From Trichosphaerium sp. ATCC 40318 (Eukaryota > Protista > Tubulinea): a DNA stretch of 64,000 nucleotides. Of this stretch, positions 12,508 to 25,385 are shown in pieces. The notes beneath the pieces were generated by a model, which did not search any database, was not told the DNA's origin, and saw nothing but the letters and a program-made list of their open reading frames with translations. Position numbers and translations under genes: made by a program. Position 1 is the first letter of the stretch. The number at the start of each line of letters is the position of its first letter. Location of the stretch: the NCBI GenBank assembly GCA_038496445.1, contig JALMLS010000143.1, positions 310,001 through 374,000 of the forward strand. The letters run 5' to 3'.

Positions 12508-14499
12508 TTACTTTGTTGTTAAGCTCTCCATGTGACGTTCAATAGTATCTTTTGCTATCCATAATAAGGCTAAATCATTTCTTTTAAGTATAAGATAGTT
12601 TTTTGTTTGATCAAATCCAAATCCCATAGTCTTTAAAGCATCAACGGCCTTAGGAAACCTTCCAATTGTCTTTGAGAACTTTTTATTCTTTAATGGGATC
12701 TTCTTATACTTTTGATCACTTGGGTGTTGTCTAATATTATTAACAACAAGAGACATTGTCTCAAGAGCCAATCTAGCATTATCCCTTGTTGAATCTCTAA
12801 CAAAGAGACTCAATGATTTGTCAATTCTTCCTCCCAAAGAGTCAACAGATCTTTGTACTCCTTCAAGACCTGCATCTTTAGCAATAAAACCCAAATCTAC
12901 TGGCTTGTTTGGCGGTTTTCTTGGGTTTGATGATGAGATTGAGTTTTGTTTTGATTCTTGCTTTTTGCTTTGTTCTTTTGCTAGAGTTTTTTGAGTTTCT
13001 GCTTTGTGTTGAGAACTTTTTTCTGAGTTACTGTTGGCTTTTACGTCTGCTACTTTGATAGCTTCCCTCACCTTTTCAGAGTGGCAGTCACAATCTGTAT
13101 GTAATTCAGAGTGGTGTTTACTTCTTTCCAGTGCGGCTTTCTCAGCAAGATTCCTTTTATCTTGAAATTTATATGTTACATTATTAGGATCTAATTGTTT
13201 TGGTTGTTCATCAACGTCCATGTCATCTACATATTGTTAGCCTTGAAATAAATTTAAACTTAAGTACCAAATTCATCATCTAGAACTGCAATATTTGCAG
13301 CTCTATCACCTCCAAGAACATGGCCAGTATTTGTCCAATCAAGAGAAATAACTTCCTTTGTTAGCTTTCTGTACAGTGTCCAAAACTCCTCGTTATGATC
13401 TGAATGACGGTTGTGACACAGCTCATGTAGCACTAATTGAGTATTAAATTAAATACATACTATTTAATTTATGCACTCATCTTGCCACTTACTTGTGTTA
13501 AGAATTGTTTGGAATTTTCTAAAACCTTTCAAGTTATCTGTACGCAAACGTAAGGCTACAGCTTGTCCACGGTTCTTTAGTTATCATTAGTTTAATGCCT
13601 CAAACTTCTAATATATGTACCTGGTTGTAACCAAGAACACATCTTTCATTACCGACAGAACCTTCAGGTGGCATTTCTTTCCTAAGAGCGTCAAATAATG
13701 TTAAGCAAAAAACGCGAAAAAAATGAGAATCTTCTTCAAACGAAGCTCTTGGTATAATATATCAAAACGTATACTTACAATGTGCCTATCCGCCAATCAT
13801 ACTTTTTCATAATACCGATAATTCCAGGATGATTAGCAATCTACAAAGCTTGTAAAGGCAAATATTCTAACAGACTTGAATACCTTTAATAAAAGACGAT
13901 GAGCAAATTTAGATGGTGGCGTTTGGAATTGCTGTAATACTTCATAGTTGCCTATACGACCATTTTTGACACGGTCTGCAGCATTGGGATCACCAACTAG
14001 TGGTTTTTAGTAAAGATTCGTAATCCTTTTGCGGACAATAGCCGCAAATAGTGTCTAGACGTACGCTTGCGCCGTTTTTCGCGCCGTAACTCCTCATCAA
14101 AGCCAAGTATGAGTTTGTCCTCCTTGGCGTTAACAACATCGTTGACGTCCTTTACTACGCGTCATTGTGTGGTCAGGAGAGTTACCAATGACGTACAGCC
14201 TGTGTACTTCCAACTACTAATACTTTATCACCAGATGTCAAACCAGCCTCCCCAAGGGTCTGTAGCGCGTTAATAAAGTAATTACAGCTTAAATTAGTGC
14301 TTACACGCTCGTCTTTTGCTCGTAGTGTAAAAGTCCCGTTATTATTTTTAAAAATGAGCTTTACTGTTTCCAGCGATACATCCGTGTACAGAACAATGTA
14401 TTCGCAAAGTTCTCGTACAGAATTGCTCTTTGGCAGTTTAACTGGATAACTCTTATTCTTAAACTTTAAAGAGAATGCAAGAGATGACGTTTCTTCCAT
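12508..14499 (-). CDS. Ubiquitin-like + WLM (Wss1-like) metalloprotease + PUB domain protein
   Basis: N-terminal UBL, LGYNQNRGQ..LRLRTD..MLHELCHN zinc motif, C-terminal NIRQHPSDQKYKKIPLKN..LKTMGF. Confidence 0.9.
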
Positions 14500-14709
14500 G
14501 TGCTCCGCTTTAAATTCCGCTTTTTACGCTAAGTCATACCATTTCAGAAAAAATCATAAAATGGCTTGAGACTTTTTCTCGGCACCTTTGCGGAACATCG
14601 TCCTCAACTACTGTTATGGGATAACACATGAAACAAAGGCACATGTTATGTCATTTAAGGGTGCCACGCACATGTTGTTTATAGTACAAAAATCGTTACA
14701 GTGTTACAT

Positions 14710-16683
14710 TCACTTGAGGTTCTTAATCTCCTCAATAGGAAAGGTGCGTTGTACTGTAAAATACTGCATCAAGTCCTTAGTTTCACCAATGACAACCCAT
14801 AGTTGTTCCTCGGCTACGTCATCAGCAAACATAACAGTTTGTATCTGTTTGTTTTGTTGGTAATAACGCCGAAGTTTTTCTTTTGGAAATCCTTGGTTTG
14901 TAGCAAAGTAACTTTGAAAAACGTTTACAGTAGGCTATTTAAAAGAGTTATTTAAACCATATAAACATAAAGCAACGAACTACAAATGTACTGGCGAATA
15001 TGACAGGTGATATTCTGTGAAAACAAAGGTTCGCTGAAACATAAACAAAAAAAACCTGATTGGTTTGACGTACATCTTCGGATACTATTATCCACTTTCC
15101 ATCACCATAAGCCATTGTTTGAATACGCTTATGGTCTTTCCAATAGGCTTCTAATTGTTGTTGAGGAAACTCTGTAGCTATAGAGTATACTTGTTTAGGT
15201 CCAGGTGTCTCCCAACGTTCACAAAGCAATATCCAAACACCTTGATCTGAAAACAAAAAAAAAACGTCAGAAAAGTATTACATGCAATCCAGACAGTATT
15301 CTAGCTCTACTTTTATTTCAAGCACGCTGGATAGATACCATTTCGTAAAATAAATGTAAAAAGAGTACGTACAAAAGGCTACTGATGTAACTCTAAATCC
15401 CTTATCCCAAAAAATTTGAATATCAGCGGTTGGTAGTTTTCCAGTCGTTTTAAGAGACTGGTAAGGCATTTTATACTCCTCCTTCCATTTCTCAGTTACG
15501 AGAATCCACCTACTTTCTACAAAACTCAACTAAACATCATTAGCTTTACGTCAACAATGATGGGTCCGAATAATCGTCCACAAGCCTTAATTAAACAACG
15601 GCAATACTAAATACCTCTCTAATGTTTTCACCTCTACTATAACGTTCTTGCACTACTTTTAGAGGGAATTTTCCATCAACGTAGTACAAAAATTGATAAT
15701 CTATTTTCTCATCAACTTGGGTGATAAGTACCCATTCACGCCTTGCTTTGAAGAACCTGCTTATGAATACATCACCCTACACAAATGATTCAGTAATCAA
15801 TCCATTACTATTTGTGTATTTCTCCGGTTTTAAGCGCTCACCTTTATGATTTTTTGGAATCGTGTTGTTTGGCTCTTTAATGACTTTGTTGGTGTTTCTT
15901 GAATTTCTGGTGGCTATTAAATTAAAAAGTAAGCACGTTGCAACGAAAAAAAATCAAAAAAAAAACCTGGCATGGATTTTTGTTCAATTTGGGTTTGTCG
16001 TTTGTAACCGATTCGCTTGCTATACTTGGACGTCTATTCGCATCTGGGGACCCAGACCAATCACTTGTCCATGCTGACTTGGCTGCAGGACGTGCTTTAA
16101 AAGAATTGGAAGGGCCATGAGATGCAGCATCCGAAGCCATAGCAGAAGGAAGCTGAGACCTTCTCCATGTGGATTTATCACCTATACTTTTTCGGTCTAT
16201 GTAATCGAATGTCAGTTTGGCTGGTTGCCATAAATACACTTTTAACGCACGTAGTTTTGGGTCCTCTGCTTCAAACAATGGTTCAGGAAATGGTGCTGGA
16301 GCCCCATCACTCCCTACTGGCTGCTCTGCCCCTGAATTACGGCTATATTTGCGATTAGAACCCCAAACGCTTTTGGCAAACCCATTTTTGCAAATTTGGT
16401 TGTAGTGTAACTCACCTGCTTATTGTATCGCTCCTACGCCAAGACCAATCAAAAAATTCGTCAGCCTAGTTATTTTCAGACACTTTTGAAAACCGTTTTT
16501 ACTAACCTCCTCGCTGGACAGTGTGTTGTCCACTCGTGGGTCTTGGTGAGCATTCGGTTCTCTGTTTGATACAGAAATACGCTATTTTATGTTAAAACCC
16601 ACATACGCGCTTCAGTGGCGTACGTGTCCAAAATCTTTCAACAATTGGTCGAAATCGCCTTGGTTGTAGCTTTTGTTGCTCAT
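14710..16683 (-). CDS. Protein with C-terminal DUF7477-like repeats (FP..I...W..G..I..xAYG.G.W)
   Basis: About 4 repeats, e.g. EFPQQQLEAYWKDHKRIQTMAYGDGKWIIVS; 5' exons unresolved. Confidence 0.6.
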
Positions 16684-16829
16684 TACCTTAATAACAGTTC
16701 TAACATGCGATACCTTCCTTGCAGGCGAGTAATGAACCTGTTGTACTTAAAAAATACATTAAGGCACTAAAATCTGCTCTGTCGTATTTCCTTCAATTAC
16801 AAAAGCTCCCACTATTCTCATAACGTAAC

Positions 16830-18222
16830 ATGTCGAGTGAAAACGATCAAACTACAATTATTGATGAAGAGAGCAAAGTACGCGATCAACATTCGCTGAG
16901 AGTGTACTAATAAATCAAAGGAGCATGATACAAAGATTTTAGAAGAAGAACTGGATCTAGAGGACGATGTGGAAAGTAAAGTTCATGAGGACGACGATTT
17001 GGGTCCAGAAGAGGAGGTACAGCAATATTAATAGTTATTTTATATTTTATACGCGAGTGTATTGAATACGCTACGAATATTCTCTCGGTGCTCAATTGAG
17101 CGTCGCCAATCACCACTGGAACGCAAACCCTCGCTGCGTGGACATTTGGACAGTATTCACTCACATCTCCACAATGACACCGCAATGACTAGTGTCTACG
17201 GACTTCTGTCTCAGACCTCAGACGACATTTGTTTTAAACCGTCACTGACGGGTTGGTTGCTTACGCGTCTTTTAGAAGGAACAAGCTGAAATAGAGGATA
17301 TGAAGCTTAAGCTTCAACAATTGGAAGCTGAGACAAAGCAACTAGAAAAGATGCAAAGCGAAGTACAAACCAATTCTAAAACAGCGTCTGTCAACAGTGA
17401 AGACACTGACGATCGATCTGTGTGGGTAGGAAACGTACGCCAAAACCACTATCTTTTTTATCGGCTAGTCATAATGAGGGCCATGATTTTTAATTGATAT
17501 TGGGCGCAGGTTGACTACAGTACTACTCCAGAAGAGCTACAGGTAATTTTGATTGTTTTTAGTGAAGTAAAAATTTGACATTTCGAGTTTAAAATTTGGG
17601 CGTCAGCACATTTTAGTCACTAATTGTACTGTACGACGAATGCTAACTGAAACTATAGAAACATTTTTCAGCGTGTGGGTCAATAAACAGGGTAACCATT
17701 CTTTGTAATAAGTGGACAGGACATCCAAAAGGGTACGCGCAATATTTTGGAACGAGTACCGCTTAGATAAATCTTTATCCAATATTGAACCGGTAAAAAT
17801 ACCAACCTGTGAGGATAGTATTCGCTCCGAGCCGGTTCAGTTAATCGTAAATGATTCCGTGGTGTAGTTGGTTATCACATCTGCTTTACACGCAGAAGGT
17901 CTTGGGTTCGATCCCCAACGGAATCATGTCTTTTTGCAATTTTTGTTTTTGCCTATCAACTGATGTCAAAATGTAGTTATGCGTACCTGGAATTCGGTAC
18001 CAAGGAAGCTGTTGCTAACGCCATGGAACTAAACGAATCAAGCTTTAAGAACAGGCAATTAAAGGTAACACGATCGCAATTGCGCCCGTTTAATTGTTCT
18101 ATTAGGTGGGCCAAAAGCGCACCAATGTGCCAGGATACGGTAGTAGAGGTAGGCGCCGATATCGTCCACGTAGATTCCGTCAATTTCGTAGCAGACGGGC
18201 TTTTTTCCATCCTTACAGTTAA
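16830..18222 (+). CDS. PABPN1: Nuclear poly(A)-binding protein 2
   Basis: Acidic N-term, coiled coil, RRM ([25 protein letters not shown]), Arg-rich tail ending FHPYS. Confidence 0.95.
17853..17926 (+). tRNA. tRNA-Val(TAC), inside PABPN1 intron 17733-17976
   Basis: GATTCCG/CGGAATC acceptor stem, TCTGC-TTTACAC-GCAGA anticodon arm, GGTTCGATCC T-loop, downstream T-run. Confidence 0.97.
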
Positions 18223-18440
18223 AAATCATAAAGCAACTATAATAATAAAAAATAAAACGTGTATGTTCTTAAACAAGTACTGTGTTGGTACAACAATCAA
18301 TCCAAGGCCCAGCAAGCAACCAATGATTCTCGCTGAAACAGCGAGTAAACGCGTAGACAAATCAATGACAACGGTGATTGAAAACCCGGAACAATACCTT
18401 ATCACGTGCTGGCTTAATCCAGATCCGCTAGGTTTTCACT

Positions 18441-21285
18441 ATGACCACTTTTAAAGTCGGAATATACGACGAATGGACTTCGCAAACAAAAGAAGCAATC
18501 TTGGAGGCTATAGAAGCTAATTTGAAGCCCCTTAATGATTTAGAATTTTCTATCATACCACATGACGGAGGCATAGCGAAAAAAGAAGGCAAGCCATCCA
18601 ACAAAGCAAATTAGAAAAATTTTCCGTTACACAAAAAAAAAAACAACCACGCGATGCTTCTAGGCCAAACATTTCAGGCGTTGACAATTTACTTTTGAAA
18701 TATTTGTCTTAATTGTATCCCACGTGCTACCGTTACACCTATTTTTTGTTCGCTAAGATACTTTAAACAGTTTTTTTTATTTTACAATTAGTGATTGACC
18801 AATACGACGCACTACTTATACTGGGATACAAGTTTCCTACAGAATGTTTTGACGGTTTAAAAAGACTTAAATGCATCGCCAGATGGGGTGTAGGATTCGA
18901 TAAAATAGACACTAAAGCAGCAACTGAAGCAGTACGCTTTACCAACCAAGACAAAAGTTAATCTTTTAAAAGGGTGTCGCTGTTGCTATAACTATACCTT
19001 CAGTCCAAAGACCTGTTGCTGAGGTACTTATACACGAAAAAGAACTCTTCGCATTTATATTTGTAGGGTATAATCGCAATGATAATGTCCATCGCAAAAA
19101 CCATACCAAAACTAGATAAATTTACTAGAAACGGAAACTGGCGTGAAGGAGACTGGAAATCAAGTACTGTGTCTAGTGCCACATATATTTTACAGTATGC
19201 TTAGCGAGTATTGATATACAAGGATACACTCTTGGTACAATAGGTGTCGGTAATATTGGATCAGAAGCATGCAGGATAGCAAAAGTATGCAATTGTTTTT
19301 TGATGTGTTGTTTGACAAAAATAGGCGATAGGTTTTGCACGTGTATTGGCCTACGATCCTTTTGTAAAAGAATCGACTGCCGATACTCTTGAGGTACGAC
19401 TGCGATCATTTACTGGACTTACAGTACTGTAACTTTAGGTTGAGCTGACAACCATCGAAAAAGTTCTGTCTGAGAGCGACTTTGTTATGATTAATGTGCC
19501 TCTAAATAAGCACACTAAAGGTTACTTCCCATTAAGCCAAGACAAAAATATTAATGGTATTGTACTACAGGAATGATTGGCGAAAAAGAAATCGGCATGA
19601 TGAAAAAAACTGCGTATTTGGTGAACACATCTAGAGGTAAAAACAAATCATAACATAACTTTTTTGACATACCTTTGTTTAGGTCCAGTAGTTCAAGAAG
19701 CACCTCTAGTAGCTGCCTTAAAATCTGTATGTAGTATAATTTGTAGTGTTATTATACTTACAACTTGTAGGGTAAGATCGCGGGTGCTGCTCTTGACGTA
19801 TTTGAAGAAGAACCTCCAAAGAAAGATAATTCTTTATTCCAACTTGATAATGTAATTGTTGCTCCCCATGCAGTTGCATGGACAAAGCAACTCATTGAGT
19901 ATGCAATTGTTATTATTACCTCTTGTTATTTACGTACTAACTTGTTATCAATAGAGGAAATTCTAGACTAGCATGCGAGAACATTGTCGAGATTTACAAA
20001 GTATTTTTTTTTGGCGAATCTCATTGTTTAGCGTTGCTTAAGTGTATGTAGGGTTTTGTTCCTAAGTATCTCGCAAACAGAGAAGTTGCAAAAAGTCCAA
20101 AACTCCTTGAGAGGCTTATGTATGTAATCGTCCAATCCACCAATTCTCATAAAATTATCAACAGACAACGTGATTGCTCGAAAAAAGCCGACAATTCAAA
20201 GAAGTATCCAAATAAGTTCAAAGCTGCAGTGCATAACGGAAAGCCAATTTATGGCCATATGCTCACTGAATTTGCTACCAAAGGCATAGCTTGTATTCTA
20301 GAAGTACGTATTATTGTAACCCTCAACAATGAAGTGCTAAACAATCGCGTGCAGTCTGTTAATGGCTTAGATTTCGTTTTGATAGATATGGAGCATAGTG
20401 GCATTGGGTTTGATCGTGTCAGCGAATTATTAGTCCACTTTGTAGACAAGGATATCTTGGCAATAGTGAGAGTCCCGAACGCATCGCTGGCCAAGCTATG
20501 GATACCACGCTTGTTAGATGCAGGTACTTTTGTCTTTTTTCCACGTTTTTTTTTGAAAGAACTAAGGAGCTGATGGTATCATGCTACCAAATGTGAAAAG
20601 TGCTGATGAAGCAAGAGAAGCCGTTTCTTACATGAAGTATCCACCTGATGGTACGTTATAGAGTAATGTGCAATACTTGTCTGTTAAAATATCACGTGTT
20701 TTTTTAAGTTATTGTTTGTTAATATTTGTATCAAAGGTGTGAGAGGAGTAGGTCTCACAGCTGCGCATACATCATGGAAAGGAACAAAAAATGCAAGTGA
20801 TTTCATAAAAGAGAGAAACTCTCACACAATATTAATCTGTATGATCGAGAGTCAAGTCGTACGTCAACACAAACAGAACAATTGTTTTCAGAAGTTGTTT
20901 TTGTAATTAAACGTCTCTTTCAAGGGCGTCAAAGCCGCTGAAGATATTGCCGCAGTTGATGGTGTCGATTGTTTGTGGGTAGGACATTACGACTTGAGTT
21001 GTGACCTAGGAGTCATTGCAGATTTTTATCACGACAAATTCAAAGCCGAACTACAAAAAATTATTGATGCAGCAAAGAAACAAAACATACCGATAGGCAT
21101 TCAACAAGGTACCATCAAACCGCTCTAAGTGTGAACACAGGTATCGTAGCTGACACTTTGTATTAGGCACACCGTTCTTAATAGACAAGTATAGAAAACT
21201 TGGGTTTACCATTTTGTCTTATGGCACAGATGTTCGGACTTACAAGAATTGTCTCGAAGAGGCATTCAAGAAAATCACTCAATAG
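18441..21285 (+). CDS. Fusion: D-2-hydroxyacid (phosphoglycerate-like) dehydrogenase + HpcH/HpaI aldolase
   Basis: [41 protein letters not shown]; continues without a stop into [33 protein letters not shown]. Confidence 0.9.
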
Positions 21286-21505
21286 CTAAAACCACGCTAC
21301 CAAAACAAAAGCAGGTTAAATCACATAGATAACACGTAAATTGGAGCATCACTCGTACCCAATAATCAATCAGTACAACTTCAAAAAAGGTGTCTTGTTA
21401 TTTTCAATTAAAACTCCTGAGGTGAAAAATTTTCGGCATAAAAATCTCGAGTGTACCTCAGTCATAAATAGTAGGAGATCTATCTCTTATTGTTTTACAT
21501 CAACA

Positions 21506-23186
21506 ATGGGTGGCATATTCTCATGGGGGACGCTATATATGAGCGCAAACTTCCTTTCTTCGGTGTCAATAGTATTTTGTAATAAAATGCTTTTCAAATG
21601 GTTTGGCTTCACTTTTGGTACTACATAGAGCGTAGTGTCATCTACGCTATAAAAAAAAATTATATCTTCTCACCACCATTAGGTGCGACACTTTCTACGT
21701 TCCATTTCGCTATTACATTCATTGGTCTATGCGGATGCGTATATTTTAAGCTATTTGAGGTAACTAGTGCCCACGTGGCTTATTTTTTTTTCTGACTGTC
21801 GGTTTAGTACAAGAAGATTGATTACACGCATGTATTGCTTTTATCACTCGCTTACGCACTATCTGTACCTTTCTGTAATTTATCTATTCGTTACAACTCT
21901 CTTGGGTTTTATCAGGTACACGAAAATCACGTGGATACCACGCTGTCAAGTTAAGAACGCTTTCAAACGAGATTTTGAAAGTTTCCATTTTGATAGCGTT
22001 AATATTTCTCTAAAATTCTCGAAATCTTTTGTGCTTTTGTTGTTGCTAATAGCGTGTATGATAGATTTCGAAGGTTACTATTATACCTGTAACTATTGCT
22101 GTCATGTATCTATTTTATAAAGGAAAGATACACTGGTTGCAACTTTTATACGTCTTACCTATACTCGGTGGTGCTATTATTGCTGCGAAGACAGATATTG
22201 ATACAAGCATGGTTGGTGTTTTAATGGCTGGATTATGTGTTACAACGTCATGTATTGCACAAATTGTAAGTTCTGGAAGAGTTGACATTTTTCATTCAAG
22301 TTTTTTCTTTGATTTTTTTTGTGGCGTTGGTTTTGTTTAAACTGACTCGAGGGATGTATAGTGGATTGGTCGAAAACAGAAAGAACTTGAAATGACTGGA
22401 CAACAATTGATGTTATATATTATACCAATAAGTATTGTCATACAAGGTATCTTCATTCCAGCTTTCGATGATGTCTCATCAGAAAAAGGTTCGAATATTA
22501 CAATGTATTGCAAAATGTTAACGTTTCTGCTTTCAATAGGTCTATTTAACTTTGAATTTACCCCTCAATCAATGGTACACACTCCATCTATTATATCACC
22601 AATCTACCTAAAAATAATGTTACTACACTCCACGTGTTGTATTACTACAAAACTTTTTCGTTAATTACATTTTTTCTTTTGTTGTAGACGTTTTTGACAT
22701 TATCTATAGATGTTGATTACACTCTCCGGCATACTTGCATTTTCAGTAAACTTGACAATATTCCTTACACTACGAAATGTATCACCTGTAACATATCAAA
22801 TCCTTGGACAAGCAAAATCAGTTACAGTAGTTTTGGCATCATTTGTAATATTCGGTCAACCTATTGATCCTGTGAATATAGTAGGCATGTCATTGACAAT
22901 GGTATGCAGTTTTTTTAAAATCTACCATATACTAATAATATGCTATAAGCTTGGCGTATTCTACTACACATGGACTAAGGTACAATACACACAAAAGTAG
23001 CAAAACAACTTTGTATTTTTTGAAAAACCAAAAATAACTGAGTAATATTCCTCTCCATCTTGCCTAGTTGAACCATTAACAACCTTATATGACACTCACT
23101 CTTTTTACTAGATTGATGCTATGATCAATAAACCAATTCAAAATGAAGAAGATGTTGAAGACCGTGAAAAGCTAACAAATAAATAA
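21506..23186 (+). CDS. SLC35E/TPT-family nucleotide-sugar transporter
   Basis: SVSIVFCNK, NLSIRYNSLGFYQISK, SPVTYQILGQAK. Confidence 0.9.
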
Positions 23187-23237
23187 AAATCACACAAAGC
23201 ACTTTATTTTTCTGAAGTTTTTTTTGAATTACATGTT

Positions 23238-24127
23238 TTATTGTATTCTCCTCACTGTGTATAATGGGACCAAGGCATTACGTGATGCTGTATCATATAT
23301 GCCTGTGTTCTCTATTTTATGTGCAAAAATAGGTAGAACATAGTCATCCAAGTCATCAAGAAGCCCATACCTTATTTCATTTTTCTTGATTGCTTTCTCG
23401 ATACTCCTCAGGCCATGTTTAATAACAGGTCTCCATATCACGGAATCAATATTTTCATAGCAAGAACCAGGCAGATAGTCCCTTGCGCTACGACATAGAC
23501 TCTTCACTTTCTGAGCAAATTCCACATAATGAGCTTTTTCTTCTTCGTTTTTGCACAAGTCATCAATCGTGTATGTGTCGTCATACTCATCAGAAAATTG
23601 TTCTAAAAACGATGTCTTGTCTTCTATTGAACAGAATGGAGGCTTCGATAGTGCTTTGTTAATGACTCTATAATCCCTTGATTTTCTCAAGAGAAGTATA
23701 TAGATCTCCTCTATTGTTATACGAGCTTTCTCCCTACCTCGTCTTGGTCGAGAGGCATATTCTGAAGCTACAAAAAATGTCAACAAAAAAAAAGTGAAGA
23801 AACAAAAAAAAAGGATTTACCACGTGTTTACAACCTCGTGTACAACCTTTAAGAAACCGCATTAAATGTAGCATGCTGCGTACTTGGGATTTTTGCTTTA
23901 TAGGTGAACTTGTTATCAACACAAGTGAGATATTCAGTAAAGTTGATGTATGGGTACAATCGGAAAAATGTTTTTGACCACAAATATTTCTTATTGTTGA
24001 TGTAGAGATCGCGTATAAACTTATTCACGCCACTGATGTGTATCACTGTTTCAATTGGCGCTGTTTCCATACATAAAACAAGTATTTCTGGTGGTAATGC
24101 CGTAATAATAAGATTCGGATGGTCCAT
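23238..24127 (-). CDS. F-box protein with unknown C-terminal domain
   Basis: ITALPPEILVLCM..ISGVNKFIRDL..LW. Confidence 0.7.
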
Positions 24128-24625
24128 TGATAGTTTTAATAGTGTTCTAAGGCGTATTATAAGATTTACAACGCTAAAGCGAGTCGTTAACACTAAAGTT
24201 TGACTAGGCTTTATCTTTTCGTGGTTGTAGGTTACGGTACGCTCTTTTGAATCCGTAAGTACTGTATATTCTACTTTTAAGGCAAAACTTCCAACAAGTG
24301 CCGCCTTACGCGTTTGTGATCACCGTGCACAAAGAATAACGCACAAAAAAAATGAGACTCGTGCAAAGGTTGTTTTTAGTACAGCCACTGAATCACTGCT
24401 ACCACAACCAACTGGTGCCTACTCTAGTACTACAAATCGTTTGCATGATTTAAATAACAGCGTTTAACGCGCTAGTTTAAAACAAAAACAGAGATAGCGT
24501 ATTGATATCAAGAGAAGAGGCGTGGGCATCCTAACCTAGGGTTCCAATGGTAACCCAAACCGAAAATGACTTTCCGAATTCGTAAAATACTTTCTTTTTT
24601 GGTCATTTACAAACTAACAGCAAAC

Positions 24626-25219
24626 ATGTTGAAGCTCATCTGTTTGTTTGCACTATTCGCTATTGTAGCTTCACAAGGCTTCTTTAGAAGAACAACAACA
24701 AGGCAATACAACTGTCCCTCAGGCAAAATTCCGGTTACCATAGGAAGCAAAGTATACTGTGGTGCACCAGTTAACCACGTATGCGAACCTAAAACACAAG
24801 AAAGAGAGGAACCTCGTTATGAAGAAGAACCTCGTTACGAAGAAGAACGTCGTGAAGATAGATTCCAAACGTCCAGACGCACACCTTGCCTAAGAGAAGA
24901 CAAAAAATACCAAAACACAGCAAGACAAGCTATCGAGGACCTATACGATACACCAGGCCAGCGCGGCGTAAAAATTGGCTTTATTCACGGATTTATGCAT
25001 GGTATAACAACCACCAGCCACTGTTACAGACAAGACGGTGAGATTGTCTTTAGTGCGAAATCCTACCACCACAAAGATTTTTGTTGGTTGGATTACATGA
25101 ACTACTACACAGTTACCATTGGTGAAAGGACAGGAAAAGCTACAAGACAGCCTTTGGCACAACGTGAGAAAAACGTACAATTTAGAAACTACAGCACTTG
25201 TCAACGCGAGTTCGCATAA
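24626..25219 (+). CDS. Intronless secreted Cys-containing protein of unknown function
   Basis: Signal peptide MLKLICLFALFAIVASQG; EEPRYE tandem repeat. Confidence 0.7.
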   Translation: MLKLICLFALFAIVASQGFFRRTTTRQYNCPSGKIPVTIGSKVYCGAPVNHVCEPKTQEREEPRYEEEPRYEEERREDRFQTSRRTPCLREDKKYQNTARQAIEDLYDTPGQRGVKIGFIHGFMHGITTTSHCYRQDGEIVFSAKSYHHKDFCWLDYMNYYTVTIGERTGKATRQPLAQREKNVQFRNYSTCQREFA

Positions 25220-25385
25220 AAACGTAATCTCCTATAATAAAGTTATCACAAACAACAAAATTGCTCCATTATTTTTGTTTATAACACCTTAACAAAAAAC
25301 TTCTGTGAATCAAGGTAGTGAAATTGCTCTGTTACTTTGATTTTATGTTTAGCGTTTCCTTTATTACCATCGAAGATTATTGTTA

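Noticed and set aside
16400-16470. In-frame TAA inside coding-like sequence (also TAG/TAA near 61200-61420) suggesting stop-codon reassignment
   Set aside because: Conserved genes terminate normally at TAA, TAG and TGA; a short intron, homopolymer indel or decay explains these
17190-17225. GAGGTCTGAGAC on the minus strand resembling RNase P CR-I
   Set aside because: No complementary CR-V/P4 partner was found
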